From Octopus sinensis (taxonomy: Eukaryota), in the NCBI RefSeq assembly GCF_006345805.1, contig NC_043020.1, positions 17,422,001-17,486,000 on the forward strand: a stretch of DNA of 64,000 nucleotides, given 5' to 3'. The stretch's first letter is position 1. Every line of letters starts with the position of its first letter. Position numbers and translations under genes: made by a program. Positions 1 to 12,042 of this stretch are shown one piece after another. A model generated the notes under the pieces. The model made no database searches. It saw nothing but the letters and a program-made list of their open reading frames with translations, and was not told where the DNA came from.

Positions 1-112
1 TTGATGAAATAAGTGCCAGTCATGCACTGGGGTCAATGTTTTGAATTAAGCATGCATTATCCTATAGCTTTGAGATTTTAATGATGTGACTATCTTTCAT
101 CATTTTTAGACA

Positions 113-330
113 AAGGCAGCAAGCTGGCAGGATTGTTAGCATACCAGGCAAAATGCTTAGCAGCATTTCATCTGCCTTTACATTCAGTACAATTAGTTCA
201 AATTCTGCCCAGGTCAACTTTGCCTTTCAGTCTTTCAGAGTTGATAAAATAAGTATCAGTTGAGCACTCGGGTTAATGTAATCAACTAAACCCCTCTACT
301 GAAACTGCTGGTTTCAGTAAATTCAAACTG
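113..330 (+). mobile_element. tRNA-derived SINE, family B (ggcagcaagctggcag... head)
   Basis: Same consensus recurs at about 4355, 8785, 12560, 13455, 13720, 21498(-), 37340, 39770, 43205(-), 44745(-) and 62680. B-box-like gagttcaaattc. Confidence 0.75.
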
Positions 331-427
331 TACTAAAGTAAATTCAAATTGTACTAAAATCTGAAATCATTATTTATTTTTAGACATTGTAGGGAGAAAT
401 CTGGCTGAATTTGGCCAGTTTGAACAT

Positions 428-905
428 AACGCCTTACTTCCCTGGGCATGGACACATTGAAACTCCGACGTCTGGCAACTGACTTGGCAGACACCCATAA
501 AATTATCAACCATCTTACAAACAATAACACTGAGCACCTTTTCAAACTCCACCTGTCTAACACCCGTGGACATGTTTACAAAGTCAGAAAACAGCACAGC
601 TCCCATGACTTTAGGAAACATTTTTTCACGCTGAGAGTTGCTGAAGCATGGAACAAACTGCCTGCATCAGTTGTTAGTTGTCGGAGCACTGCATCCTTCA
701 AAACTTCCATGCTTTCTGAGATTCGCCAACACTGCACCTGATTTTCTCCCCTCCATACACACACAAGCATGTATCTGACTCATACACTGTTCACTTTCCA
801 GACATTTGTACATTACTGCATATACTTTATACGCACTTTCTGACAAGTTGTGGTGCACCTGAGCACTGTATACAATAATTTCATTATTATTATTATTATT
901 ATATA
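428..905 (+). mobile_element. 5'-truncated CR1-clade LINE 3' end
   Basis: ORF 448-741 contains RGHVYKVRKQ...RKHFFTLRVAEAWNKLPASVV...FK, a typical CR1 C-terminus. (ATT)n tail. Confidence 0.85.
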
Positions 906-908
906 ATA

Positions 909-1328
909 GGCGCAGGAGAGGCTGTGTGGTAAGTAGCTTGCTAACCAACTACATGGTTCTGGGTTCAGTCCCACTGCGTGGCATCTTGGGCAAGTGTCTT
1001 CTGCTATAGCCCCGGGCCGACCAATGCCTTGTGAGTGGATTTGGTAGATGGAAACTGAAAGAAGCCTGTCGTATATATGTATATATATGTATATATATAT
1101 ATATATATGTGTTTGTGTGTCTGTGTTTGTCCCCCTAGCATTGCTTGACAACCGATGCTGGTGTATTTACGTCCCCATCACTTAGCGGTTCGGTAAAAAG
1201 AGACTGATAGAATAAGTACTGGGCTTACAAAGAATAAGTCCCGGGGTTGATTTGCTCGACTAAAGGCGGTGCTCCAGCATGGCCGCAGTCAAATGACTGA
1301 AACAAGTAAATGAGTAAAAGAAAAGAGT
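909..1328 (+). mobile_element. tRNA-derived SINE, family A (about 420 bp, internal TA/TG microsatellite, GAGTAAAA tail)
   Basis: A/B-box-like head (tggtaagtag...ggttcagtcc). About 15 full or partial copies across the window. Confidence 0.85.
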
Positions 1329-1372
1329 ATATAAAATGGGTAGAATATTTTCACCAGACATGGGTGATTTAA

Positions 1373-1573
1373 ACCTTCAGCACTTAAACTTTGGCCATTT
1401 TCAGCCCAAATATTCTACCTGTTTTATGCTCAAACCCTACAATGCCATTCTAAAACTATACAATCACATCATCAAAATTTCAAAGCTATAAGAAGATAAT
1501 ATATATAATTAATTAAAGACAATTTAAGTAAATAAGTATTACATTTGGTAGAAATATCCAAATGCTAAAAGGG
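1373..1573 (+). mobile_element. piggyBac-like MITE, family 1
   Basis: TTAA on both sides; degenerate TIR (accttcagca / tgctaaaaggg). Related copies at about 15830-16016(-) and 40-427(-, split by a SINE). Confidence 0.55.
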
Positions 1574-1613
1574 TTAAACATTAATTGAATTTATTTTTGA
1601 TTTTTTTTTGTAG

Positions 1614-1769
1614 CCGAAAGTCTATCCATGTCCTGGTCAATATGAAATAAAATCAGGCATTGATCAAGTACTGGAGTCAAGCAAAAACTTACAAGGCAAG
1701 TTTGGTAAATGCGAGCGCTGGATTAAGCAAATGCACGAGAGAATAGCTAGCGTGACACCTAAAGATCTT
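1614..1769 (+). CDS. CIMAP2: Internal coding exon of a PGPGxY-repeat (SHIPPO/STPG-type) ciliary protein, CIMAP2/LEXM-like
   Basis: Acceptor tttttttttgtag and donor gtgagt; 156 nt, phase 0-0. Translates to PKVYPCPGQYEIKSGIDQVLESSKNLQGKFGKCERWIKQMHERIASVTPKDL. The PG-x-Y repeat and the G-x-F-x-K...ERI spacing match my recollection of LEXM/CIMAP2. The symbol is tentative. Confidence 0.8.
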
Positions 1770-1822
1770 GTGAGTATTTACATATATATATATACTTTAT
1801 TTAAAGCAGCAGAAAATTCAAC

Positions 1823-1869
1823 AAAACCTGTTACTCTGAGTTTCCCGTTGCCGTTCATCGGACAGTTTT
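1823..1869 (-). ncRNA. Minimal type I hammerhead-ribozyme-like motif
   Basis: Minus strand reads AAAACUGU-CCGAUGA-A-CG[GCAA]CG-G-GAAAC-UCAGA-GUA-ACAGGUUUU. Stem I is about 8 bp and the cleavage triplet is GUA. Core has U4->C. Lies within a 110-bp insert between (TA)n runs. Confidence 0.6.
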
Positions 1870-1934
1870 TCCACCTTGTTTCACATTTATGTGTTTACTC
1901 CGGTATATATATATATATATATTGTATGTATTAT

Positions 1935-2176
1935 ATCATCATCATCATCATCATCATCATTGCCATCACCATCATCATCACCATCATCATCACCATCATC
2001 ATCATCATCATCATCACCATCATCATAACCATCTTCATCATCACCATCACCATCACCACCATCACCACCATCACCATCATCATCATCATCATCGTCATCG
2101 TCATCATCATCATCATCGACAGAGTCATCATCATCATCATCACCATCATCATCACCATCACCATCACCACCATCAC

Positions 2177-2209
<33 letters not shown>

Positions 2210-2520
2210 TATCATCATCACCATCACCATCATCACCATCACCATCACCATCATCACCATCGCCATCATCACCATCATCATCATCGTCGTCGTCATCGTC
2301 ATCGTCATCATCATCATCACCATCAATAGCAGCAGCACTGTTGTTAGCTTCATCATTATTGTTTTGTCATCAATGTCATTATAATAAATATTATTATCAT
2401 AATCATCATAATAACAATCATCATCATCGTCGTCGTTATCATCATCTTTGTTGTTGTTATCATTATCATTGTCTTCGTCATCGTCATCGTCATCATCGTT
2501 GTCATCATTGTCATCGCCAT
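1935..2520. repeat. (CAT/CAC)n trinucleotide microsatellite block
   Basis: Direct inspection; it explains the poly-His, poly-Ile and poly-Met ORFs. Confidence 0.95.
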
Positions 2521-2890
2521 TTTTATGTCACTTTTATCATGCCAGCAAGGGTTGGGAACAAAAACCTATTGAGACAGGTTTCTATAGCTGGATGCTCCAC
2601 CGTGTTGCCAGATCTTATCTGCTTTACAAATAACATATTTTTTATGCCACTGATTATCACAAGTTGAAACCAGCAATATACAAGGTGGATTGTTGACAGG
2701 GGAGGTAATCATAATATCACCAATGCCCACACTGTCTTAGTGTGAAGACATCCAAAAATAAACATTCACGCACACACACATATGTGTGTGCGTATGTATG
2801 GAAGTGTGTGTATGTGTGTGTATTGTCTTCCCTAAATATATTTCAGTTATTATAACATTATGCTTTACTCTCATTTTCTTTCCTCTGCAG

Positions 2891-3019
2891 AATATTCCAG
2901 GCCCTGGACACTATGATGTGTCATACCAAGATCACAAATCAATGTCTAGGAACCTCCCACCATTTGCATCTTCAGCCACCAGATCTAGTCAGCCATGTCC
3001 AAACTCTGTAGCAGGAACT
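2891..3019 (+). CDS. CIMAP2: Next coding exon of the same CIMAP2/LEXM-like gene
   Basis: Acceptor ttttctttcctctgcag and donor gtatgt; 129 nt, phase 0-0, in frame with the previous exon. Translates to NIPGPGHYDVSYQDHKSMSRNLPPFASSATRSSQPCPNSVAGT, with a PGPGHY repeat and a PPF motif. Confidence 0.85.
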
Positions 3020-3054
3020 GTATGTTTGATTTAATACTTTCATTTGTATTATAG

Positions 3055-3440
3055 ACTAGCAGTATCGCCCGGCGTTGCTCGGGTTTGTAAGGGAAATAAC
3101 TATAAAGCATTTTTAGAGTTATAGCCAAAAAATAGCAAAAAAATTGAAAAAAAATTATGGTAAATTTTTTTTTAAATCGTTGACTCGTCGTAGACATTTT
3201 TAGAGAGTTACTTCCCTTATATAATAGCGAAAAAATGCATTAAAATGGAAAAAAATTATGGTAAATTTTTTTTTAAATCGTAGACTCATCGTAGACACGC
3301 GCTAATACCCAGAAGGGCTCGATATGAATCACGACTATAAGATACCCGGTTTTGGTTAAACTGCACCGCAAAATGTGGGAGTAGTTAGGAATCTAAATCG
3401 TTGGAGACAGACACACAACCTTACTTTTATATATAAAGAT
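3055..3440 (+). mobile_element. Non-autonomous Helitron/Helentron-like element
   Basis: 5' actagcagtatcgcccggcgttgctcggg and 3' acagacacacaacc...tatatataaagat, an architecture resembling Lep1/DINE-type elements. Internal ~90-bp duplication. Inserted 35 bp after an exon donor. Confidence 0.55.
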
Positions 3441-3534
3441 ATTGTATATTTAGTATTGGCTTCAAATTTTAGCACAAGGTCAGCTATTTTGAGGGAGGGG
3501 GCTAAGTCAACTGCATCAACCTGAGGCCCTTACT

Positions 3535-3753
3535 TTTTTACTCTTTTACCTGTTTCAGTCATTTGACTGCGGCCATGCTGGAGCACCGCCTTTAGTCGAG
3601 CAAATCGACCCCGGGACTTATTCTTTGTAAGCCCAGTACTTATTCTATCTGTCTCTTTTGCCGAACCGCTAAGTGACGGGGACGTAAACACACCAGCATC
3701 GGTTGTCAAGCAATGCTAGGGGGACAAACACAGACACACAAACATATACACAC

Positions 3754-3794
<41 letters not shown>

Positions 3795-3955
3795 TACGAC
3801 AGGCTTCTTAATTTTCCGTCTACCAAATCCACTCACAAGGCTTTGGTCGGCCCGAAGCTATAGCAGAAGACACTTGCCCAAGATGCCACGCAGTGGGACT
3901 GAACCCGGAACCATGTGGTTGGTAAACAAGCTACTTACCACACAGCCATTCCTGT
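3535..3955 (-). mobile_element. SINE family A
   Basis: Reverse-complement match to 909-1328. Confidence 0.85.
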
Positions 3956-4914
3956 ACCTATGATACTTATTTTATCAATCCCAAAATGATGCAAGGCTAA
4001 GACAACCTTGGTGAAATTTGACCTCAGAACATAGTGACACATGAAACGCTGCTAAGCATTTTGTCTGGTGTGCTAATGATTCTGGCTGCTTACAATCTTG
4101 TATTGGCTTCAAATTTTGGCATAAGGCCAGCAATTTCAGGGGTGGGGCTAAGTCATTTCGATCACCCCCAGTATTCAACTGGTACTTATTTTATCAACCC
4201 TTAAAACGTGAAAGGTAAAGCTGACTTCAGCAGAGTTTGAACTCAGAACGTAAAAAAAGACAGCCAAAATGCTGCTAAGCATTTTGCCCAATGTGCCAAT
4301 GGTTCTGTCAACTTGCTGCCTTAATTACAAATTTAAAATTAGTGCTATTAAAGGCAGTGAGCTGGCAGAATCATTAGCACGTGGGGCGAAATGCTTAGCA
4401 GTATTTTGCGAGTCTTTATGTTCTGAGTTCAAATTCCACCAAGGTCAACTTTGTCTTTCAGTCTTTTGGGGTGGATAAAAGAAGTACCAGTTATGCACTG
4501 AGGTCGATGTAATCGACTTAGCCCCTCTCCACAAATTTCAGGCCTTGTGCCTATAGTAGACACTACAATAAGTATGTATGAGACTTAGATTAGTTCTGGG
4601 GGGTCAATTCATTTGACTAAAATCCTTTAAAGCAGTGCCTCAGCGTGACCACAGGCCAATGAGTGAAACAAGTGAAAGATAATCTTAAAAAGCCAATATG
4701 TACGCCTCAATTTCTAGATGCAAACGAGGAGCAGATAATGTTTAATGGCAATTCGTAGCAAGGGAGTGAACTGTGAAATTTAAATTGATTAAAAACTAAA
4801 TGGAGAAGTAATTCTGAAAGGTAATTTGGAAATTTTGTAATTACTGTAATCCTTCCACTACCATGGGTGTTACGTTCCAAAACCCCCTGTGATAGGTGAA
4901 CATTTGTGAAGTAT

Positions 4915-5357
4915 AATAATAATATAGTAATGAAATTATTGCATACAGTGCTCAGGTGCACCACAACTTGTCAGAAAGTGCGTATAAAGTATATGCAGTA
5001 ATGTACAAATGTCTGGGCAGTGAACAGTGTATGAGCCAGATACATGCTTGTGTGTGTATGGAGGGGAGAAAAGCAGGTGTAGTGTTGGTGAATCTCAGAA
5101 AGCATGGAAGTTTTGGAGGATGCAGTGCTCCAACAACTAACAACTGATGCCGGCAGTTTGTTCCATGCTTCAGCAACTCTTAGCGTGAAACAATGTTTCT
5201 GAAAGTCATGGGAGCTGTGCTGTTTTCTGACTTTGTAAACATGTCCACGGATGTTAGACAGGTAGAGTTTGAAAAGGTGCTCAGAGTTATTGTTTGTAAG
5301 ATGGTTGATAATTTTATGGGTGTCTGCCAAATCAGCTGCCAGACGTCGGAGTTTCAA
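4915..5357 (-). mobile_element. CR1-clade LINE 3' fragment
   Basis: ORF 4971-5375(-) is the same peptide as 448-741; (AAT)n tail. Confidence 0.85.
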
Positions 5358-5360
5358 TAT

Positions 5361-5520
5361 AATAATCATCATCATTGTTCGACCGTGGTCGAGACAATGG
5401 AATTTACTATGTTGCGCCAGACTTCACGGTCCACCATAGCATTACGGAGGTCCTGTTGCTGGATGCCTGTATCCCTGGAGATTACATCAGGGTAGGAGAG
5501 TGTGCGCCCTCTGGTGTTGC
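5361..5520 (-). mobile_element. RTE-clade LINE 3' fragment
   Basis: RGRTLSYPDVISRDTG...DLRNAMVDREVWRNIV, followed by a short tri-nucleotide tail. Confidence 0.6.
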
Positions 5521-6669
5521 AATATAAACAGTACTGTACTGTAAAACACCACCACACACTCGCCTCCCGAGTTTCGTTTTCCATACAGTATGTGTGATTC
5601 TTTGTTTACTCATACATTGTGCACTGCATATTTTCTTTTAATATATTTCAATTAACGTGTTATAGAGTGCAGTACTGTACTGTATTTTTATTAATCTATT
5701 AATTTTTAGGTGTGAAAAGGCTTATTATTAAATACCTATCGGCAGCAGAAACCTGCGATATAAATTTACACATATTAGCCAGAAAAATCCGCGATGTACT
5801 GAGGGCGCGATAGGTGAACCGCGATATGGAAAGTGATCGCTGTAATCGTAAATCACAATGCGGGTAAGGGGGATAACTCTAACACAACCATGAACAAGTT
5901 CATTAAATTATCCATTGTTGTTGTTGTTGCTGGTGGCGGGGGGGGGGGGGCGTTTCCTCCGCCGTCGTCGTTGTTGCCTAGCCTAATGTCAACAGTGACT
6001 AAGCAACAGAGCAGGCATGGGCGACCCTTTTCGTTCGAGAAGGGGCCACATGACACTTGGCTCGTTATCAGGCGGGCTGCTCCACTAAAAACTTCAAGAT
6101 AATTAATTTTTCTTAGGCCTGCCATTCAGAAAGCCTTGTGGGCAGCATACGGCCGTGGGCCACAGTTAGCCCATGACTGCAACAGAGCCTGAAAGACATT
6201 CAATTCGTGACACTTGTGCCTTTCTCAAACATAATACAATATATTCTTCCTTTTTAATAAACTAAGGCGGACAGATGACTATTATTTCTAGCAGGTCTGT
6301 CGACCGCATTGAGACTGCTTTCTATTTGCCCTTTTCGAAGTATTAGCCAAATCTCCCTTAAGTCAATTACACTTTTTCTTTCTTTCTTTTTTAGATAAGG
6401 AAAAATAATAATAAAAGGATACATTAGATAGTCTGCGTTATATTATGTCTGAATATTAAGAACAGGTTGGTCGCGGTTGAAATATCGATGATTACAGGCC
6501 TGCTGGATCAAAGGCAACCTGGGGCTAAACAACATTGATTCCCCTGTCACACCTCTTTCTTCTGGCCGCTACATCTCTCTCTCTCTCCCTCTCTCCCTCT
6601 CTCTCTCAGTATCAGGAAACGTTAAAGGGAGATAACTACAACACTCTTATTAGGTTCGTCCTTTTTGTC

Positions 6670-6975
6670 TGAAGTACTACGTCCTGGGGTGGTTTATTAA
6701 GCCAATTTTAGCATGAAATCCATGGTTCCTGTGGGAGCTCGCAGTGTCAAAGTTAGGACCCTCCCTAGGACACTTGCTTTCCAAGCAACCAACCTCTCTG
6801 TAGCTTCTCCGATTCACAGTGCAATACTGCAGAGTAAACAGTACTATGCCACCGTGAGCAATCTCGAACAAGATGTTCTCATGTAGACTGCTTTCAGTTA
6901 CACCTTTTCAGGGTTGTCTCGGGCATGTTTGTGTATCTCTTCTTTGAACTTCCACGTAACCACGATCCAACATTT
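6670..6975 (-). mobile_element. Degenerate RTE/BovB-like LINE 3' fragment
   Basis: Manual translation gives GSSKKRY...LKRC...EHLVRDCSRW and ...HAKIGLINHPRT, matching the BovB-type C-terminus. Confidence 0.55.
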
Positions 6976-6999
6976 ATAATAATAATAATAATAATAATT

Positions 7000-7440
7000 A
7001 TAAAAGATGGGCTACAGCAAATATTCTGCTCAATACCACAGATTTGCTTGTCAGTTGTTTGACCTTAACCAGTTAAGCATGTCCCTTAGTGGCTGACGAT
7101 ATGTGCATCTCTGATCACGAGCAGAAGTAGTGGGGGAGCATCATAGCCATGTGTTGAGAGGGATTCTTTGGGGTTTGAATAATTCACCTCTGGAAACATG
7201 GGTGGTTCTTTCAACATCCTTAAACAACCCTTATTCAGGGACCTTTTGAGCGGGATGGGCTTCTCAACCTGAAGAAAATTCTAACTGGGCCCCACCTGCA
7301 AGGTCATGTGCTGTTTATCTTGATATGAGATCACCATGTCGCGCACATATGGTTGTGATGCATGTGCCTGGTGTACTCTTATCAGACGGGTAGTCATGAT
7401 GGGTATATTGGGCTTCGTATATTTTACCCCAGTGTCACTC
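7000..7440 (+). mobile_element. Unclassified interspersed repeat (SINE or LINE 3' UTR)
   Basis: Inverted homologous copy at about 31250-31515. Confidence 0.6.
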
Positions 7441-7487
<47 letters not shown>

Positions 7488-7808
7488 AATTATTGTATAC
7501 AGTGCTCAGGTGCACCACAACTTGTCAGAAAGTGCGTATAAAGTGTATGCAGTAATGAACTAATGTCTGGAAAGTGAACAGTGTATGAGTCAGCTACATG
7601 CTTGTGTGTGTATGGAGGGGAGGAAATCAGGTGTAGTGTTGGCGAATCTCAGAAAGCATGGAAGTTTTGAAGGATGCAGTGCTCCGACAACTAACAACCG
7701 ATGCTGGCAGTTTGTTCCATGCTTCAGCAACTCTTAGCGTGAAAATATGCTTCCTAAAGTCATGGGAGCTGTGCTGCTTTCTGACTTTGTAAATATGTCC
7801 ACGGGTAT
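7441..7808 (-). mobile_element. CR1-clade LINE 3' fragment
   Basis: Same sequence as the other CR1 ends; long (AAT)n tail at 7441-7483. Confidence 0.85.
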
Positions 7809-8124
7809 TAGTTCACCAAAGATCTGTTTGAGGAGTCTGGAGTCGGGCATGCATGCTACATATCCAAGGGTAATATTTATCCCCACTTAAACCTGGATGT
7901 TCCGTTAGAACAAACTTTGTTGCGGTAGGTACCATGTGAGAAACTCACATATTGGCTTTTTGGTGAAAGAAGGCGTTTTGCACCAAAAGTTCAATATGAT
8001 AGTTTCTCTCATGGTATCAACTGCAGTATATTTTGTTCTAATAGACCATTCACGTTTGATTAGGGATAAATATTACCACTCGGTATTAATAGTGCCTCTG
8101 TCGATAATAAATATTTTTTAACAA

Positions 8125-8525
8125 GGAGTGGCTGTGTGGTAAGTAGCTTGCTTACCAACCACATGGTTCCAGGTTCATTACCACTGCATGGCACCTTGGG
8201 CAAGTGTCTTCTACTATAGCCTTGGGCCGACCAAAGCCTTGTGAGTGGATTTGGTAGACGGAAACTGAAAAGAAGCCCGTCGTGTATATCTATATATATA
8301 TGTGTGTGTGTGTGCGTTTATGTTTGTGTGTCTGTGTTTGTCCCCCTAGCATTGCTTGACAACCGATGCTGGTGTATTTAGGTCCCTGTAACTTAGCGGT
8401 TCGGCAAAGGAGATCGATAGAATAAGTAGTAGGCTTACAAAGAATAAGTCCTGGGGTCGATTTGCTGGACTAAAGGCGGTGCTCCAGCATGGCCGCAATC
8501 AAATGACCGAAACAAGTAAATGAGT
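8125..8525 (+). mobile_element. SINE family A
   Basis: Full-length match to 909-1328. Confidence 0.85.
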
Positions 8526-9394
8526 ATGTCCGTTCCACTGTAACTGGAATTTACTTAGAATAGCACATGTGTGCGTTAGGAAAGGTTAAGGGGAGATAAC
8601 AGACGTCAAATTCGCATTGTTGATTCAAATACGTCATTCAACTTCCTTTCTTTCTCTCTCTCCCTCTCCCCCCCCCTCTCTCTCTCTCCATTATTAAAAC
8701 TTATTACTAAAACCTATTGATTGAAGAATCCTAGTCTTCAAGCAGGGTTTCTAATCGATGCCGACTCACATCCGTATCAAGAGACAGGCCATTATAAGTG
8801 GTGAGCTAGCAGAATCGTTAGCAGGCCAGGCAAAATTCTTGGGCACTATTTCATCTGTCTTTACGATCTCAGTTCAAATTCCACCAAGATCGACTCTGCC
8901 CTTCATTCTTTCGGGTGCGATAAATTAAATATCAGAGAAACACTAGGGTCCACTATCCCCTCCCCCAAATTTCAGGCCTTATGCCTATAGTAGAAAGGGT
9001 TATAATAACATTTTCTACTTTAAATCAGACATGGTTAACTTCATTCTAGAAGCAGACTGCATGAGACATGGGACGTTATGAAGCGGGATATACTACTAAA
9101 AGAATCCAAGTAATTTTTCGTTAAGGCATGACATTCAGAAAGTCCCGCAGATTGCAGGTTGCCAATGACTGCCTTAAATCATTGTAGCTATTTCTTATAA
9201 GCCATGTGACTTGCTTCATGTCTTGTTTAGCTTCAGGTAAACTCTGATTGAGATGATCAGGGACGTAAACAGACCAACACCAGTTGCCAAGCACAAGTTG
9301 TCAAGGGGGTGGGTTGACAAACACAGACACAAAGACACACACAAACAAACACACATACACACACACATACATACACACATATATATGTATGCAC

Positions 9395-9469
<75 letters not shown>

Positions 9470-9499
9470 TGTGTGTATGAATATATATATATATATTTA

Positions 9500-9930
9500 C
9501 AGGGTGTCCCAAAAGTCACTGTTGGTTTCAATTTTCAATAAGTTCCTTAACTTTACAAATAAATGCATGAAATTTTGATACAATATAAAGGGAATTAATA
9601 CGCAAAAATCAAATTTTATGTCAACAAACCAGAGACCCTGGTGCAACTGAAGGAGAACATCAACAGAGAAATCAGAGAAGTGGGGTCTGAAACTCTTGAG
9701 GGTGTTATGGTGCAGGTTTGGAAAGAGTATGGGTGTACGAAGCTGAAAATAGCTACAATTTAAAGCAATGTCATTTTTCATATGTTATGTAGTGGTGTTG
9801 CAAAATTTAACTTGTGCTTATTAATTTCCATTATGTCCTTTATATTGCACGAAAATTTCATGCATCTATTTGTAAAATTAAGGTAGTTATTAAAAATTGA
9901 AACCCATCAGTGTCTTTTTGGGACACTATA
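9500..9930 (+). mobile_element. Internally deleted Tc1/mariner-superfamily element
   Basis: About 80-bp TIRs (cagggtgtcccaaaag... / ...tttttgggacacta) with TA flanks. Internal remnant KFYVNKPETLVQLKENINREI...VIF resembles a transposase C-terminus. Confidence 0.75.
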
Positions 9931-10159
9931 TAAGAAATAATGTTTATCAGCACTTCGTCGTGGCTGTTCCATAAGAACTGACGTTTCTACTATTCTAACC
10001 CCAGGAGAACGCCTCCTCCAGCTGGTTGTTTGATACAATCAGCACCCAATATAATACATATATGAGAGGGAATCCACTAAAAGTGAACTCCCTTACACTA
10101 GCCACTAATATATATATATATATAGGGGACTGAACCCTTATCATCTTCCAGCAACAGGA

Positions 10160-10205
10160 CCATCAGACCATATGGTTTTGAGCTATTTGTGCTCATCCTC
10201 ATGGC
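10160..10205 (-). ncRNA. Degenerate hammerhead-like motif
   Basis: Minus strand reads CCA-UGAGGA-U-GAGC[acaaaua]GCUC-AAAAC-CAUAUG-GUC-UGAUGG. Palindromic stem III (ACCAUAUGGU) and GUC triplet. G12->A and a short deletion before the core. Confidence 0.45.
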
Positions 10206-10399
10206 AGGATATAATCTTTATTATGATCAAACTGATCGTACATAGACAAGGACATTACAAGACAAACAAATATAAAAAAGTCAAATGAGTTCTAATGAGC
10301 CTTAAGTTAAAAATTTACCTAAAAGATATTTTATGTAATGATTAATTTTTACCTTTAGCTAGAACTTCTTTTAAAAAAACGAAAAAAAAAGGAAAGAAA

Positions 10400-11415
10400 A
10401 TGAGTAAAAGTTCAAAAAGATCGAACCCGGCAGCCTATAAGGCCCAGGAAATACCTTTTCCTTTCATCAATGATTAAGCTGGGTTACTGACACCCACCTT
10501 CCTCGTCACATCCTTCCATCGTTTCTCATATTCACTCAGTGGCAGGGTCCTCCTCTCCAACCCCACTTCGCTCTTCAGATGGTATCTGAAGTAAGACAGC
10601 AAATAGGGGCCAGAGATGAAGGACCCTGTCACAGAACCTTCCATTCTAGTCCTCCAGACACACTCTTTCAGTACTGCAATCGTACAGTAAAAACATGCCT
10701 TACCTTCCTTTGAGAGTCCAGTTGGCGGTATCATCTTTATTATAGATCCAGCCGACAGCTGTACTCATCTCAGATGCAACATGCGTTCAACATAACTTAT
10801 CAAGCTAGAAAGCTCCCGACATTGTACAAAAGTGAGCTGGACAGTTTCATTGTCCAGCCCACATCTTGGACACGTCGGTGGCACTGACATTCCGTGCCTG
10901 GATAACTTATCGCAAACAGGTAAAGCGTTCCTGTAGCACTGCCAGGTCAGGGATTTTTGGAAGTTGTTCAAATACCCCGGCCTGAATGTTTTTCTGAACA
11001 GGTTAGCAAGTTGGTTCTCATCAAATCCCAGAGCCCCTCCTAGGATGTCATCATTTTTTGCCTCTACCAGCCCTCTATAGAACACTGAGGTGGTATTCCC
11101 GCTGCCGGCCTTGCCCATCGATGGCACTCCTTCTGCCATAAAGTCAGGTTATGTCTTTTAAGGAAACCGGGTTTAAATTTCTCCAAAGAGGCCGGTCACG
11201 GCAAGAACTCCTCCACCAGTGGACTCCACACCTTATCACCCTCCAGGTGGCACCAGATGTGTCTCAGCCTCAACGCATGTCTGCACATCATCAGCCAGGG
11301 CATTCCCAGTCCACCCTTTAACGGTTCCTGGCAGCACATGGAGCGCCTCACAAGTGGCTTATGGCAGTTATTTGCTTCAGATCGCAATATATAGAAAATA
11401 AGTGACAACAAGTCA
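10400..11415 (-). mobile_element. Tx1/L1-clade LINE 3' portion with zf-RVT
   Basis: Frameshifted peptides LKGGLGMP and YRNALPVCDKLSRHG...CPRCGLDNETV...FVQC. Confidence 0.75.
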
Positions 11416-11609
11416 CTGATCTTGCAACAAGCAAATTAGATAGTTAGAAAATCTCTACAAGAGATTAAAGGTAGCAACTACACTGAGAAGCAATGTTTAT
11501 CACAACTTCAACATGGCTGTTCCATAGGAACTGATGTTACTACGATTTTAACCCCATCGACATTACTTCTCAGTATAGTTACTACCGGGGTTAAAATAGT
11601 AGTACTCTT

Positions 11610-12042
11610 GGATCTTTTCGGTTTGAACGGCAGTTTTTTCTAGCGGTGTCATATGAAATTGTCACCCATAATTATGACCCCAATATCGATCTATTGCATT
11701 TCAATCTGTTTTAGGGTTAGGGTTAGTTAGGGTTAGGGTTAGGGGTGGGGGGAAGGGTATCTTTTTTTCTTCACAAATGTAAATAAACCCAATCTGTTTC
11801 TTAAATGAGGGACATATTCATACAGCACAGAATGTTTTTTAACTCAATGGACGTCATTGATTGGTTGAAATTGCAGAAATTGAAAAAAAAACCCAGCAAA
11901 TATCTTACAAACTATAGAATTTTCTCAATAGAGCCAAGAGAAAAAGATATTTTATAAACACATTCTACCAGTATACAAAGTTTAAAATTTTTTAGTTACC
12001 TAGAAATTATGTTAAAAACTGCCGTTCAAACCGAAAAGATCC
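11610..12042. mobile_element. MITE with ~30-bp TIR and 8-bp TSD, containing TTAGGG repeats
   Basis: TIR ggatcttttcggtttgaacggcagttttt at both ends; TSD gtactctt/gtactctc; (TTAGGG)n at about 11711-11745. Confidence 0.8.

Noticed and set aside
1731-2667. Long poly-His, poly-Ile and poly-Met ORFs
   Set aside because: These are stop-free frames of a (CAT)n microsatellite. The 1731 ORF simply reads through the true exon donor at 1770.
9960-10030. GAAACGUC motif on the minus strand as part of a hammerhead
   Set aside because: No properly spaced CUGANGA core with a closing stem II could be built.
11711-11745. Telomere or chromosome-end signal
   Set aside because: It is a short tract internal to a TIR-bounded MITE.
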